From Oscillospiraceae bacterium (lineage in GTDB: Bacteria; Bacillota; Clostridia; Oscillospirales; CAG-272): a DNA stretch of 64,000 nucleotides. The stretch is taken from NCBI GenBank assembly GCA_015065385.1, contig SVQK01000110.1, forward strand, positions 150,204-214,203. Reading direction: 5' to 3'. How positions within the stretch are numbered: the first letter of the stretch is position 1; the number at the start of each line of letters is the position of its first letter. The notes under the pieces were generated by a model that was given only the letters and a program-made list of their open reading frames with translations, did not search any database and had not been told where the DNA came from. Below, piece after piece: positions 48,283 to 56,308 of the stretch. Both the position numbers and the translations under genes were made by a program.

Positions 48283-49042
48283 GGTCTTCTTCTCCTTTCC
48301 CGGGCTGTGTTCTGCCCAGAAGATAGTCGATCAGCCGATTCCGCACCAGAGCGGAGGAATAGGGCTCGTCGTCCAGAGCGATGGAGAATCCGCCCTCGGA
48401 GATATTCCAGAGGTAGTGCGCGTCGGAGGACACCACGCGGGGCAGATTCCGCACAACGGGGTATTTCTCGCGGTACTCCGCCTCGTTGTTCCCGTCGTTC
48501 AGTTCGAACGCCGTGAAGGGCGGGGATTCCGGAACGGTACCCAGCACCGCGACGATCCCGTTTGCGGGGCGGTCGATGTGGGCGGGATAGGCGACGCCTC
48601 CTCTTGCCAGCACCTCCCGGTACGCGTCCTCCAGCGTGAGGTCCGACGCGTTGATCAGAAGGTACGGTTCCTCGGAAACGATCTCGTCGTTTTCGTCCCG
48701 GACATACTGGTGTCCGAAGATATCCGGCTTGTTCCTGATCTTCGGCCGGTGCTCCGAGACATAGGCGTCGAAGGCCATCGCGTCGTCCAGCGTCCGGAAG
48801 AGGCAGATCACATGGATATCCTCCGCCGTGGTCAGCTCCATCCCGGCGACCGGAACGATGCCGTACCGCTTCGCCTGGCTGAAAAAGGCGGGGCAGTTTT
48901 TCGATGTATTGTGATCGGTGAGCGCGACGAGCATCAGACCGTTCAGGGAGGCCATGCCGGCGATGTTGCCGGGGGTCATATCCTCGTCGCCGCAGGGGGA
49001 CAGACAGGAATGGATATGCAGGTCGCAGACGTATTCGGTCAT
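48275..49042 (-). CDS. PHP-domain phosphoesterase
   Basis: CDLHIHSCLSPCGD and LTDHNT are PHP metal-binding motifs. Confidence 0.85.
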   Translation of the reverse strand: MTEYVCDLHIHSCLSPCGDEDMTPGNIAGMASLNGLMLVALTDHNTSKNCPAFFSQAKRYGIVPVAGMELTTAEDIHVICLFRTLDDAMAFDAYVSEHRPKIRNKPDIFGHQYVRDENDEIVSEEPYLLINASDLTLEDAYREVLARGGVAYPAHIDRPANGIVAVLGTVPESPPFTAFELNDGNNEAEYREKYPVVRNLPRVVSSDAHYLWNISEGGFSIALDDEPYSSALVRNRLIDYLLGRTQPGKGEEDHG

Positions 49043-49377
49043 GCCCGGCCGCGGGAAGCTTCGTAGATCGCCGCGCAGAGCTCGAACACCGTATGCTTCG
49101 AGGAAAGGACGATGATCCCGTTGTCCTCGGCGGCGTCAAGCGCGTCGGGAAGAAGCTCCACGCCCTCCGCGAGAATGACGGCGGCAGCTTCGGTGAGCGA
49201 GGCCACGGCGACGACGTTCGCGTTCGGCATGATGGTGATCCAGAGGTTGTCGGCCTTGACGTGGCTCATGGCCCGGCTGAGCAGGTCGCCCGCGTAAACG
49301 CCGCGCCATTCCCTGCCTTCGGTGGAGCCCGAGACGGTTTCGAGACCGAGACGGGCGGACAGCTCGGTTAAGTTCAT
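49039..49377 (-). CDS. DRTGG domain protein
   Basis: I trimmed to the ATG at 49377, which forms an ATGA overlap with the upstream gene. The 112-aa product contains AGDLLSRAMSHV and NANVVAVASL. Confidence 0.75.
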   Translation of the reverse strand: MNLTELSARLGLETVSGSTEGREWRGVYAGDLLSRAMSHVKADNLWITIMPNANVVAVASLTEAAAVILAEGVELLPDALDAAEDNGIIVLSSKHTVFELCAAIYEASRGRA

Positions 49378-50765
49378 TCCGCTTCTCCTTCCGGCGTCTT
49401 TTCGGATGCCTCGCCGGGAGCTTTCCCGTCCTGGCGCGCTCCTTTTGCGAAGGCGGCGTCGGAGGCCAGCTTGTCGAGTACGGATTTTTCCTTGTGCTCC
49501 GCCAGATAGCGGTGGAACAGCATCTTCATGATGACGGTGCACTCGTCGGCCGTGGCTTCCCCGCGGACGATATCCTCCGCGAAGGCCATGCAGGTGGGCG
49601 CGCCGCAGGAACCGCAGTCGATCCCGGGCAGACTTTCCTTGATGGATTCGATCTCGCTCATCATCTGCCTTGCGATCCGCCTGTCCTCGGATAGGAGGTG
49701 CGCCGGGGTGTACTCGATGGAATTCTCGTTGAAGAACTCCGTCGGGATCCACTCGGAGGCGGGACGGTTGGGAGAGACGGGGAGATAGCGTTTCAGTGCC
49801 TGAAGTCTGGCCTGCGCGATGTAGGGGTTCGCCACGGTCATGGCGCCTCCCACGCAGCCGCCGTCGCATGCGTTCAGCTCCACGAAGTCCAGACTCGTGA
49901 TGTCCTCGTTGTCGATCTGATCGAGGACGCGGATACAGTTTTCGATCCCGTCTGCTGCAAGATAGCGCTCGTTGAAGATGGCCGTGGCCTCTCCTCCCGT
50001 GGTCGCCCAGCCGATGCCGATCATGCCGGATTCGGTGGTCTCGAGAGGTTCGTCCTCGCGCTTCTTCATCACGTCGAGAAGGGCGAAATACACGTCGCGG
50101 ACGGACACCACGTCGGTGATGTAGTTCCGTTCGCCGGCGAAATCGTTCTTCACATAGCTGACCTTGGCGGGACAGGGGGAAATAAAGACGATGCCGATCT
50201 CTTCCTCCTTCAGCTCGGGGAACCGCGCCTTCGCCTGTTCGTGCGCGAGGAACGCGGCGATATCCACGGGCGGGAGGATGGGCATGACGTTTTCGATGAG
50301 AAAGGGGTAATTCATCGAGATCATGCGGGAGATGGTCGGGCAGGCGGAGCTGATGACGGGCTTCTTCACGTCGCTGCGCTTGATGTACAGGCGCGTGTAG
50401 GCGGAAACGAGCTCGGCGGCGCAGGCCACTTCGAACACGTCGTCGAAGCCGAGATCCTTCAGTCCGCGGATGATGTAGCCGATGTTGTCCATATGGTCGA
50501 ACTGGCCGTACAGAGACGGAGCGGGGAGGGCGACCTTGTATTTGTACTTTTCAAGGCAGGAGAGCGAATCGTGGACGGCTCTCTTGGCCTTGTGCGGGCA
50601 CACCTTGATGCACTCGCCGCAGTCGATGCACTTGACCGGACTGATGACGGCGTGCGCGTCGCGGATACGGATCGCCTCGGTTGGGCAGCGTCTCAGGCAG
50701 GTGGTACAGCCCGTACACTTGCCGACGTCCAGCGAGACCGAATGTTTATAATCTGCCATAATCAC
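49374..50765 (-). CDS. HydS-like (sensory-type) [FeFe]-hydrogenase homolog without a PAS domain
   Basis: The N-terminus has 2x[4Fe-4S] motifs (CTGCTTCLRRCP and CIDCGECIKVCP). The H-domain-like motifs are SSACP (L1 with the first Cys replaced by Ala), SPCPAK (L2) and NACDGGCVGG (L3). The C-terminus has CGSCGAPTC...DEC. Confidence 0.8.
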   Translation of the reverse strand: MIMADYKHSVSLDVGKCTGCTTCLRRCPTEAIRIRDAHAVISPVKCIDCGECIKVCPHKAKRAVHDSLSCLEKYKYKVALPAPSLYGQFDHMDNIGYIIRGLKDLGFDDVFEVACAAELVSAYTRLYIKRSDVKKPVISSACPTISRMISMNYPFLIENVMPILPPVDIAAFLAHEQAKARFPELKEEEIGIVFISPCPAKVSYVKNDFAGERNYITDVVSVRDVYFALLDVMKKREDEPLETTESGMIGIGWATTGGEATAIFNERYLAADGIENCIRVLDQIDNEDITSLDFVELNACDGGCVGGAMTVANPYIAQARLQALKRYLPVSPNRPASEWIPTEFFNENSIEYTPAHLLSEDRRIARQMMSEIESIKESLPGIDCGSCGAPTCMAFAEDIVRGEATADECTVIMKMLFHRYLAEHKEKSVLDKLASDAAFAKGARQDGKAPGEASEKTPEGEAE

Positions 50766-50837
50766 CTCGCTGAGCCGGAGCGGTTCTCCCGGTCGGAGAA
50801 ACCGGTCGCGGGATGGTCGTAGACGGAGGATCGCCGA

Positions 50838-51260
50838 TCAGAGATCGACCGTCATGGTGATAGTCGTGCCGACGCCCACTTCGGTGTCGATCTTCATATC
50901 ATCGGTGTATTTCTTCATATTCGGAAGGCCCATGCCCGCTCCGAAGCCGAGGGCCCGGATATTGTCGCGCGCGGTGGAATAGCCTTCCTGCATGGCGAGC
51001 TCCACGTTCGGAATGCCGGGGCCGTGGTCCGCGAGGATGATGACGATCCTGTCGTCGTACACCTCGACGTCGGCCGCTCCGCCGTTCGCGTGGATCACCA
51101 TATTGATTTCCCCTTCGTACATGGCGATGGATACCTTGCGGATCACATCCGGGGGATAGCCGAGCTGTCTGAGCTTCTTCTTCACCGCTACGGACGCTTC
51201 GCCCGCGGAAGTGAAGTTTTCGCCGTCAACGTCGTAGTGGAAACGGATGGGCTCAGACAT
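50838..51260 (-). CDS. RsbW/SpoIIAB-like anti-sigma-factor-type Ser/Thr kinase (HATPase_c)
   Basis: The 140-aa product contains EGEINMVIHA, DHGPGIP, and GFGAGMGLPN. Confidence 0.8.
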   Translation of the reverse strand: MSEPIRFHYDVDGENFTSAGEASVAVKKKLRQLGYPPDVIRKVSIAMYEGEINMVIHANGGAADVEVYDDRIVIILADHGPGIPNVELAMQEGYSTARDNIRALGFGAGMGLPNMKKYTDDMKIDTEVGVGTTITMTVDL

Positions 51261-51606
51261 CGGCTCCCTCCCTGCCGAGACCGGCGTAGTAGAGGACTCC
51301 GCTCGCTTCGTACGCGCGCAGGGGGGACCGCATCAGGACGAGTCCGTGTTCCCGGGCCAGCTCGATCATCTCTTCCGTGGGAACCTTGTTCCGCACGATC
51401 ACGATGCAGACCATGTCCATCATGTTGGCCGTGCGGATCACCTGAGAATTGAGCAGACCCGTGAGCAGCACGCCCTGATCCTTCACGAAGGCCAGAACGT
51501 CGCTCATCATGTCGCTGCAGCAGGCCGCGAAAACGTCGTTTTCGAGACATTCTTCGCCGCTGAGCACCTCGGCTTTGAGAAGTTCCTGAATTTCAGCTAT
51601 TTTCAT
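51253..51606 (-). CDS. DRTGG domain protein (second copy)
   Basis: The 117-aa product contains CCSDMMSDVLAF and LLTGLLNSQVIRTA. Its 3' end overlaps the next gene by 8 nt. Confidence 0.75.
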   Translation of the reverse strand: MKIAEIQELLKAEVLSGEECLENDVFAACCSDMMSDVLAFVKDQGVLLTGLLNSQVIRTANMMDMVCIVIVRNKVPTEEMIELAREHGLVLMRSPLRAYEASGVLYYAGLGREGADV

Positions 51607-51723
51607 TGTCTGATCCGTTCGGGAAGCGCGCCGGATCCGGGAACGCCGGTCCTTCCGCTCTCCCCTTCCTGCCTTTCACAGGTTGTCTGCCCGAAGGCGT
51701 GATAGCGGTAGGGCGGGCCGGGT

Positions 51724-52218
51724 TCAGTTGTATTTCGCCAGAATGTCTTTCAGCATGCTGGGATCCAGTCTGCCATAGACGTCTTCGCCGACGGTCATGA
51801 CGGGAGCAAGGCCGCACGCGCCGATGCAGCGGGTCGCGTCGAGGGAGAATTTCAGATCGGGCGTGATGCCGCCGGGCTGGATCCCGAGCATTTCCTCGAG
51901 CTTCTCCATGATCTTACCGGAGCCTTTGACGTAGCAGGCGGTGCCAAGACATACGCTGACCGGATTCTCGCCCTTCGGATTGAGCTGGAACTGGGCGTAG
52001 AAGGTGGCGATGCCGTAGACCTCGGAGAACGGGATGCCGAGGGCGAGGGCGATGTGGCGCTGGACTTCCTCGGGCAGGTAGCCGTAGATGTCCTGAGCCT
52101 TCTGAAGGATGGCGAGCGTCGCGCCGGGCTCGGTCTTGTTCTCGTCAATGACGCGGTCAAGCTCGGCGAGCTGTTCGGGCGTGCCCTTGAAGGGAACGGA
52201 AGTCATGACTTTTTTCAT
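51724..52218 (-). CDS. hydC: NuoE-like [2Fe-2S] subunit of bifurcating-type hydrogenase (HydC/HndA)
   Basis: The 164-aa product contains VSVCLGTACYVKGS and ATRCIGACGLAPV. Confidence 0.93.
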   Translation of the reverse strand: MKKVMTSVPFKGTPEQLAELDRVIDENKTEPGATLAILQKAQDIYGYLPEEVQRHIALALGIPFSEVYGIATFYAQFQLNPKGENPVSVCLGTACYVKGSGKIMEKLEEMLGIQPGGITPDLKFSLDATRCIGACGLAPVMTVGEDVYGRLDPSMLKDILAKYN

Positions 52219-52272
52219 GGGGATAAGAACCTCCTCAGGAGTATGATAAATAAATTTGAAAAAACGGGTCGC

Positions 52273-53109
52273 TTATTTTTCGCAGAACGCTTCGATCTGA
52301 TCGGCGGCTGCTTCGAGGTAGTCGTTTTCCATCAGTTCGACGACGCCGCGGTCCACGAGAGCCGAGAGCTTCGGATCCACGGGCATTCTGCCGAGCAGCG
52401 GGATGCCGAACTTCGCCGCGGTCTCCTCGGCCTTGGATTTGCCGAAGATTTCGATTTCCTCGCCGCAGCAGGGACATTTCACATAGGACATGTTCTCCAC
52501 GAGCCCGATCACCGGAATGTTCATGAGAGCGGCCATGTTGACGGCCTTCTGAACGATCATGGAGACGAGATCCTGCGGGGTGGTGACGATCACGATGCCG
52601 TCGATGGGCAGGGACTGGAAGACCGTCAGCGGGACGTCGCCGGTTCCGGGCGGGCAGTCGACGATCATATAGTCCACGTCACCCCAGAGCACGTCGGTCC
52701 AGAACTGCTTGACGGTTCCGGCGATGACCGGTCCGCGCCAGACCACGGGACGGGTTTCGTCTTCAAGGAGCAGGTTGACGGAAATGGTCTTGATGCCGGT
52801 TTTGGTTTCAAGGGGGATGAGTCCGTCCCCTTCGCCGATCAGGATATCGCCCTTCACGCCGAACGCCTTCGGGATGGAGGGGCCGGTGATGTCCGCGTCC
52901 ATGAGCGCGACGGAGAGATCCCGGCGTTTCAGGGTGACGGCCAGCATGGAGGAGACAAGGGACTTTCCCACGCCGCCCTTGCCGGACACGACGCCGATGA
53001 CGTGGCGGATGCGGGTACCTTCTCTGGGCGCTTCCTTCTCGGGAGCGCGCGAGGGACAGTTCTCGCCGCAGGTGGAGCAGTCGTGGGTGCAGTTGGTGGT
53101 ATCGGCCAT
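52273..53109 (-). CDS. Mrp/NBP35 (ApbC-like) Fe-S cluster carrier ATPase
   Basis: I trimmed to the ATG at 53109. The N-terminus is CTHDCSTCGENC, the P-loop is SGKGGVGKS, and there is a CPCCG motif. Confidence 0.9.
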   Translation of the reverse strand: MADTTNCTHDCSTCGENCPSRAPEKEAPREGTRIRHVIGVVSGKGGVGKSLVSSMLAVTLKRRDLSVALMDADITGPSIPKAFGVKGDILIGEGDGLIPLETKTGIKTISVNLLLEDETRPVVWRGPVIAGTVKQFWTDVLWGDVDYMIVDCPPGTGDVPLTVFQSLPIDGIVIVTTPQDLVSMIVQKAVNMAALMNIPVIGLVENMSYVKCPCCGEEIEIFGKSKAEETAAKFGIPLLGRMPVDPKLSALVDRGVVELMENDYLEAAADQIEAFCEK

Positions 53110-53181
53110 AATACAGAATTCCTTTCGCTTGCGGTCGCGCCTTGGAGCGTTCCGCGGGTGTTCGCATGATAGTCTCAGGAT

Positions 53182-53210
53182 ATTATAGTACATTTCGCTC
53201 CGAATTACAA
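53182..53210 (-). promoter_or_regulatory. Promoter for the mrp gene and probably the hyd operon
   Basis: On the minus strand: TTGTAA at 53210-53205, a 17-nt spacer, then TATAAT at 53187-53182. Confidence 0.6.
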
Positions 53211-53340
53211 GAGATTCGAGACGAAAGACGGCGAAAAAATCGCAAAAAAATCGTGAAAAAAGATCAGAATTTTCTCTTTTTAACAGTTTTCAACACACAA
53301 GATCAGTGGGTATTGAACCCAAACGCGCCGTTCGGAACAG

Positions 53341-53382
53341 AAAAAACGCCGCATGCCTCCCCATCGGAGAAGCGTACGGCGT
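53341..53382 (-). terminator. Intrinsic terminator after the P-type-ATPase-like gene
   Basis: On the minus strand, an imperfect long hairpin ACGCCGTACGCTTCTCCGATGGGGAGGCATGCGGCGT is followed by TTTTTT. Confidence 0.6.
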
Positions 53383-53402
53383 CCGTAAATCAAAATCAGC
53401 AA

Positions 53403-56246
53403 TCAGTGTTTTCCGCGCAGCTTCATGAGTTCCACGGCGGCAAGGGTCGCCGCGGCGGGAATCAGCGCGCAGAGCCCGGCGGGTCCGCAGGGAGTTCCGC
53501 CCGAAACAGCCGCGCCCGAGTCCGTGAAGAGCGTCCAGACGGCGAAAAGGCCGGAAATGATTCGGAACAGGAGCTCCGCCGTGAGCACCGTCCTCGGTCT
53601 GGCCGGATCCGCCTTGAAGACGCTCCCGCGCCGTCCGCATTCCGCCGCGATCACAAGTCCCGTCAGGATCGCGGTTCCGGAGAAGAAGGCGCGCAGATCC
53701 CCCGCCCCGCCGAAGGAGGCGAAGAGGGGCACGGAGGGCAGAAACCGTCCCGCCAGCAGCGATCCGAGAATGAGCAGCCCGCCCCAGACAACGCCCGTAA
53801 GGGACGCCGCAATCATGGCGGATTTCTCCGTTTCCGCTCTGCCTTCCGGCTCTGCTGACACGTCGGTCTCCGATCCGCGCCCGAACGCCCGGACCAGCAC
53901 GGCCCCGAAGTCGAAGAGAAGTCCCCAGATCAGCACGAATACGGCGGACGGCAGAGGGATCGCCCCGAGAACCGCCGCGATCAGAAGGAGCAGCCGCGCG
54001 ACCTGTGCCGCGATCAGATAGAACCGGATCCGGGCAACGTTGACGACGGCACATCTGGCGTATCGGACGGCTTCCGCGGCTCCGGACAGACCGCCGAATC
54101 CCGCTTCGGTTCCGCCGGTCTCCGGGTGGATCACCACGGCGGCGCCTCTTGCGATGGATTCCGGGACGGCGCGGAGGCGGGATCCCGATGCGGCAAATCC
54201 CACATCGGAACGCCCGAGAGCCCCGGCGTCCCACGCCTCCATGCCCATCGCGGCGACGATCGGGCCTTTTTCGGCGGAGAAAGTTCCTTCCCCTTTTCTG
54301 CCGGCGGACGATGATCCGATCTTGGCGGAGGCGTCCCGGCCGGCGATCAGGGAGGTCATGGCGCCCGCGTATGCTGTTCCGAGGTAGGCGTCTCCGATGG
54401 CGTCGAACGCCACGAGCACTCCGGACTTGTCCTTCTCCGCGAGGATCCTTCCGGCGGTCGGAGCGTCGAACTGAGCCGCTGGATACGGGCGGGTGGTTCC
54501 GTCGAAAAGGCCGAGGCGCATGCCGTAGAAAAGGTCGGCCTCCGGATTCTCCGTGAAGAGGATCGGCCTGACGCCGGTCTTTTTGAGATAGTCCACGTTC
54601 TCGCGGGCGTTCTTTTCCGGCTCCATGGAGAGCGCGAAATACCCCACGAAATTCATCGCCTGCGTCAGAACCGCCAGGCGGTTGAGATGGGGGTAGGGGC
54701 TGATCCTCCGCGCCACGGCGAGAACCCGTGCCCCGCGCGCTTCAAGTTCCGCGGCTTCCGCAAGGATCTTTTCCGTCAGCGCGGAGTCGAGCGGAAGAAG
54801 ACCGGATCCGGTCTCGACGGCTCCGCAGCACAAAAGGATATCCCGCGCCGTTCCGCAGGCAGCCGCCCAGACCGCGCCCTCCCGCTCGCACAGGGAGATT
54901 TCCAGCCCGACCGCAAGACGGTCGGAGGAATCCCGGTGATCTCCGACGGCATAGGCGGGGGGAAGGCTCCGGCCGAACTGCTTGGAATAGGCCTCCGCGG
55001 CGAGGGTAACGAGATTGGCCCTCTCCCGCGTTTTATGGGATACGGGCGTTTTCTTTCCGTTTCCGGCAAGGCCCGTCTGCTGGGCCGTCTGCGTCGTCGC
55101 GGCAAGGGCGAGGGAGAGCAGCTCTCCCGGATCCCTTCCCCTCTCATCCGCTCCGATGGCGACGTCGCCGAGCCGGTAGGCCAGAATCTCCGCCTGTCCG
55201 GATTTGAAGAACGAGGAGCCGCAGAAGACCAGCGCGCCGGACGCCGCCACGTCTTCGATTCTTGTGGGATCGCGGAAGAGGATCCGTCCGCATCCGGGAT
55301 TCTCCCGCGCGCTGGCGGCCTTTCGGACGGTGACGGCGACGATGATCGCGGCGATGGTGGAGATGAACTCGCTCATGGACGCCACGGCCATAGCCATGCC
55401 GCTGAGGAAGACGTCCGGAAGGGCGATCCCTCCTCCGGTCAGCACGGCCAGCCCGGACAGGAGCATGACCGCTGCCAGCATGAAGAGGCTCACGGCGCGG
55501 CTCTGCCGTCTCAGGCGTTCGACCAGAGGAAAGTCCCGGTCCGCCTCGATGGTCACGCCGTCCTGCTTCATGGAGATCAGGGTGTCGTCTCCGCAGGCTG
55601 TTGCGGCGATGCGGACCGAACCGGACAGCACGAGGGATCCGGCGAACAGCATGTTGGAGCGGAACTCGCAGGGGACTTCCCCACTGTCGGCATCGGTTGC
55701 GATAACCGTTGCGAACTTATGGACAGGGCGGTCGTTGGAGGTGATCCCGCGTTCGCTCACCACGGAGTCGTCGCCGGTAATGACCCGCCCGTCGCAGGGA
55801 ACGGTGTCCCCCGGTTCCAGAAAGATGATGTCGCCGGGAACGATCTCATAGGCGGGTAGCAGATGGACCCGGCCGTCCCGGATCACGGATCCGACGGGGA
55901 TGCGGGAACGCGCCATATCCTCGAGAATGCGGTTGGCGCGGACGCTCACGATCGTCCGGACGGCAGCCCCGATCAGAAGCACGGCGGCGATGGCTCCGGC
56001 TTCGAAGCGCTTGTCGAACACGGCTGCTGCTGCGGCGGCGATGACCAGAAGCAGCGTGGGAAGATCAAATAGCGCGGCGGCGGCGGCTTCCCACGCGGAG
56101 GTCCGGCGAACATGCCAGACTTCTCCCCGGAGGCGCCGCTTCCGCTTTTTTGCCTCGTCGGCGGTGAGGCCCCGGTACATGTCGGTTCCGAGCGTCCGGA
56201 GCACCTCGTCGGCAAGGAGCAAATGCCATGTGTTGGAAGAAATCAT
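53403..56246 (-). CDS. P-type ATPase homolog (type II-like architecture) with degenerate catalytic motifs
   Basis: The 947-aa product has a Cation_ATPase_N-like start (GLTADEAKKR), an actuator-like block (PGDIIFLEPGDTVPCDGRVI) and about 10 TM segments. The catalytic motifs are degenerate: DKTGT reads GSSFF, TGES reads VSER, PEGL reads SEFI, TGD reads TENP, and GDGxND reads GMEAWD. Confidence 0.85.
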   Translation of the reverse strand: MISSNTWHLLLADEVLRTLGTDMYRGLTADEAKKRKRRLRGEVWHVRRTSAWEAAAAALFDLPTLLLVIAAAAAAVFDKRFEAGAIAAVLLIGAAVRTIVSVRANRILEDMARSRIPVGSVIRDGRVHLLPAYEIVPGDIIFLEPGDTVPCDGRVITGDDSVVSERGITSNDRPVHKFATVIATDADSGEVPCEFRSNMLFAGSLVLSGSVRIAATACGDDTLISMKQDGVTIEADRDFPLVERLRRQSRAVSLFMLAAVMLLSGLAVLTGGGIALPDVFLSGMAMAVASMSEFISTIAAIIVAVTVRKAASARENPGCGRILFRDPTRIEDVAASGALVFCGSSFFKSGQAEILAYRLGDVAIGADERGRDPGELLSLALAATTQTAQQTGLAGNGKKTPVSHKTRERANLVTLAAEAYSKQFGRSLPPAYAVGDHRDSSDRLAVGLEISLCEREGAVWAAACGTARDILLCCGAVETGSGLLPLDSALTEKILAEAAELEARGARVLAVARRISPYPHLNRLAVLTQAMNFVGYFALSMEPEKNARENVDYLKKTGVRPILFTENPEADLFYGMRLGLFDGTTRPYPAAQFDAPTAGRILAEKDKSGVLVAFDAIGDAYLGTAYAGAMTSLIAGRDASAKIGSSSAGRKGEGTFSAEKGPIVAAMGMEAWDAGALGRSDVGFAASGSRLRAVPESIARGAAVVIHPETGGTEAGFGGLSGAAEAVRYARCAVVNVARIRFYLIAAQVARLLLLIAAVLGAIPLPSAVFVLIWGLLFDFGAVLVRAFGRGSETDVSAEPEGRAETEKSAMIAASLTGVVWGGLLILGSLLAGRFLPSVPLFASFGGAGDLRAFFSGTAILTGLVIAAECGRRGSVFKADPARPRTVLTAELLFRIISGLFAVWTLFTDSGAAVSGGTPCGPAGLCALIPAAATLAAVELMKLRGKH

Positions 56247-56308
56247 ACAGTCCCGATCCTGATTCGGTCGATGTTTGGGCGTTCGGATTCAGCTCCGGCC
56301 GGGGAGGA

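Noticed and set aside
51607-51723. The 117-nt GC-rich gap inside the hyd operon as an attenuator, riboswitch or internal terminator.
   Set aside because: I found only short, imperfect stems and no T run. Nothing here is convincing without a covariance-model search.
54417-54431. DKSGV (residues 606-610) as the phosphorylation motif of the P-type ATPase homolog.
   Set aside because: It lies after the N-domain and the TGD-equivalent region, whereas DKTGT must come before the N-domain, directly after M4. The positionally equivalent segment reads GSSFF. A structure-based alignment is still needed to exclude it formally.
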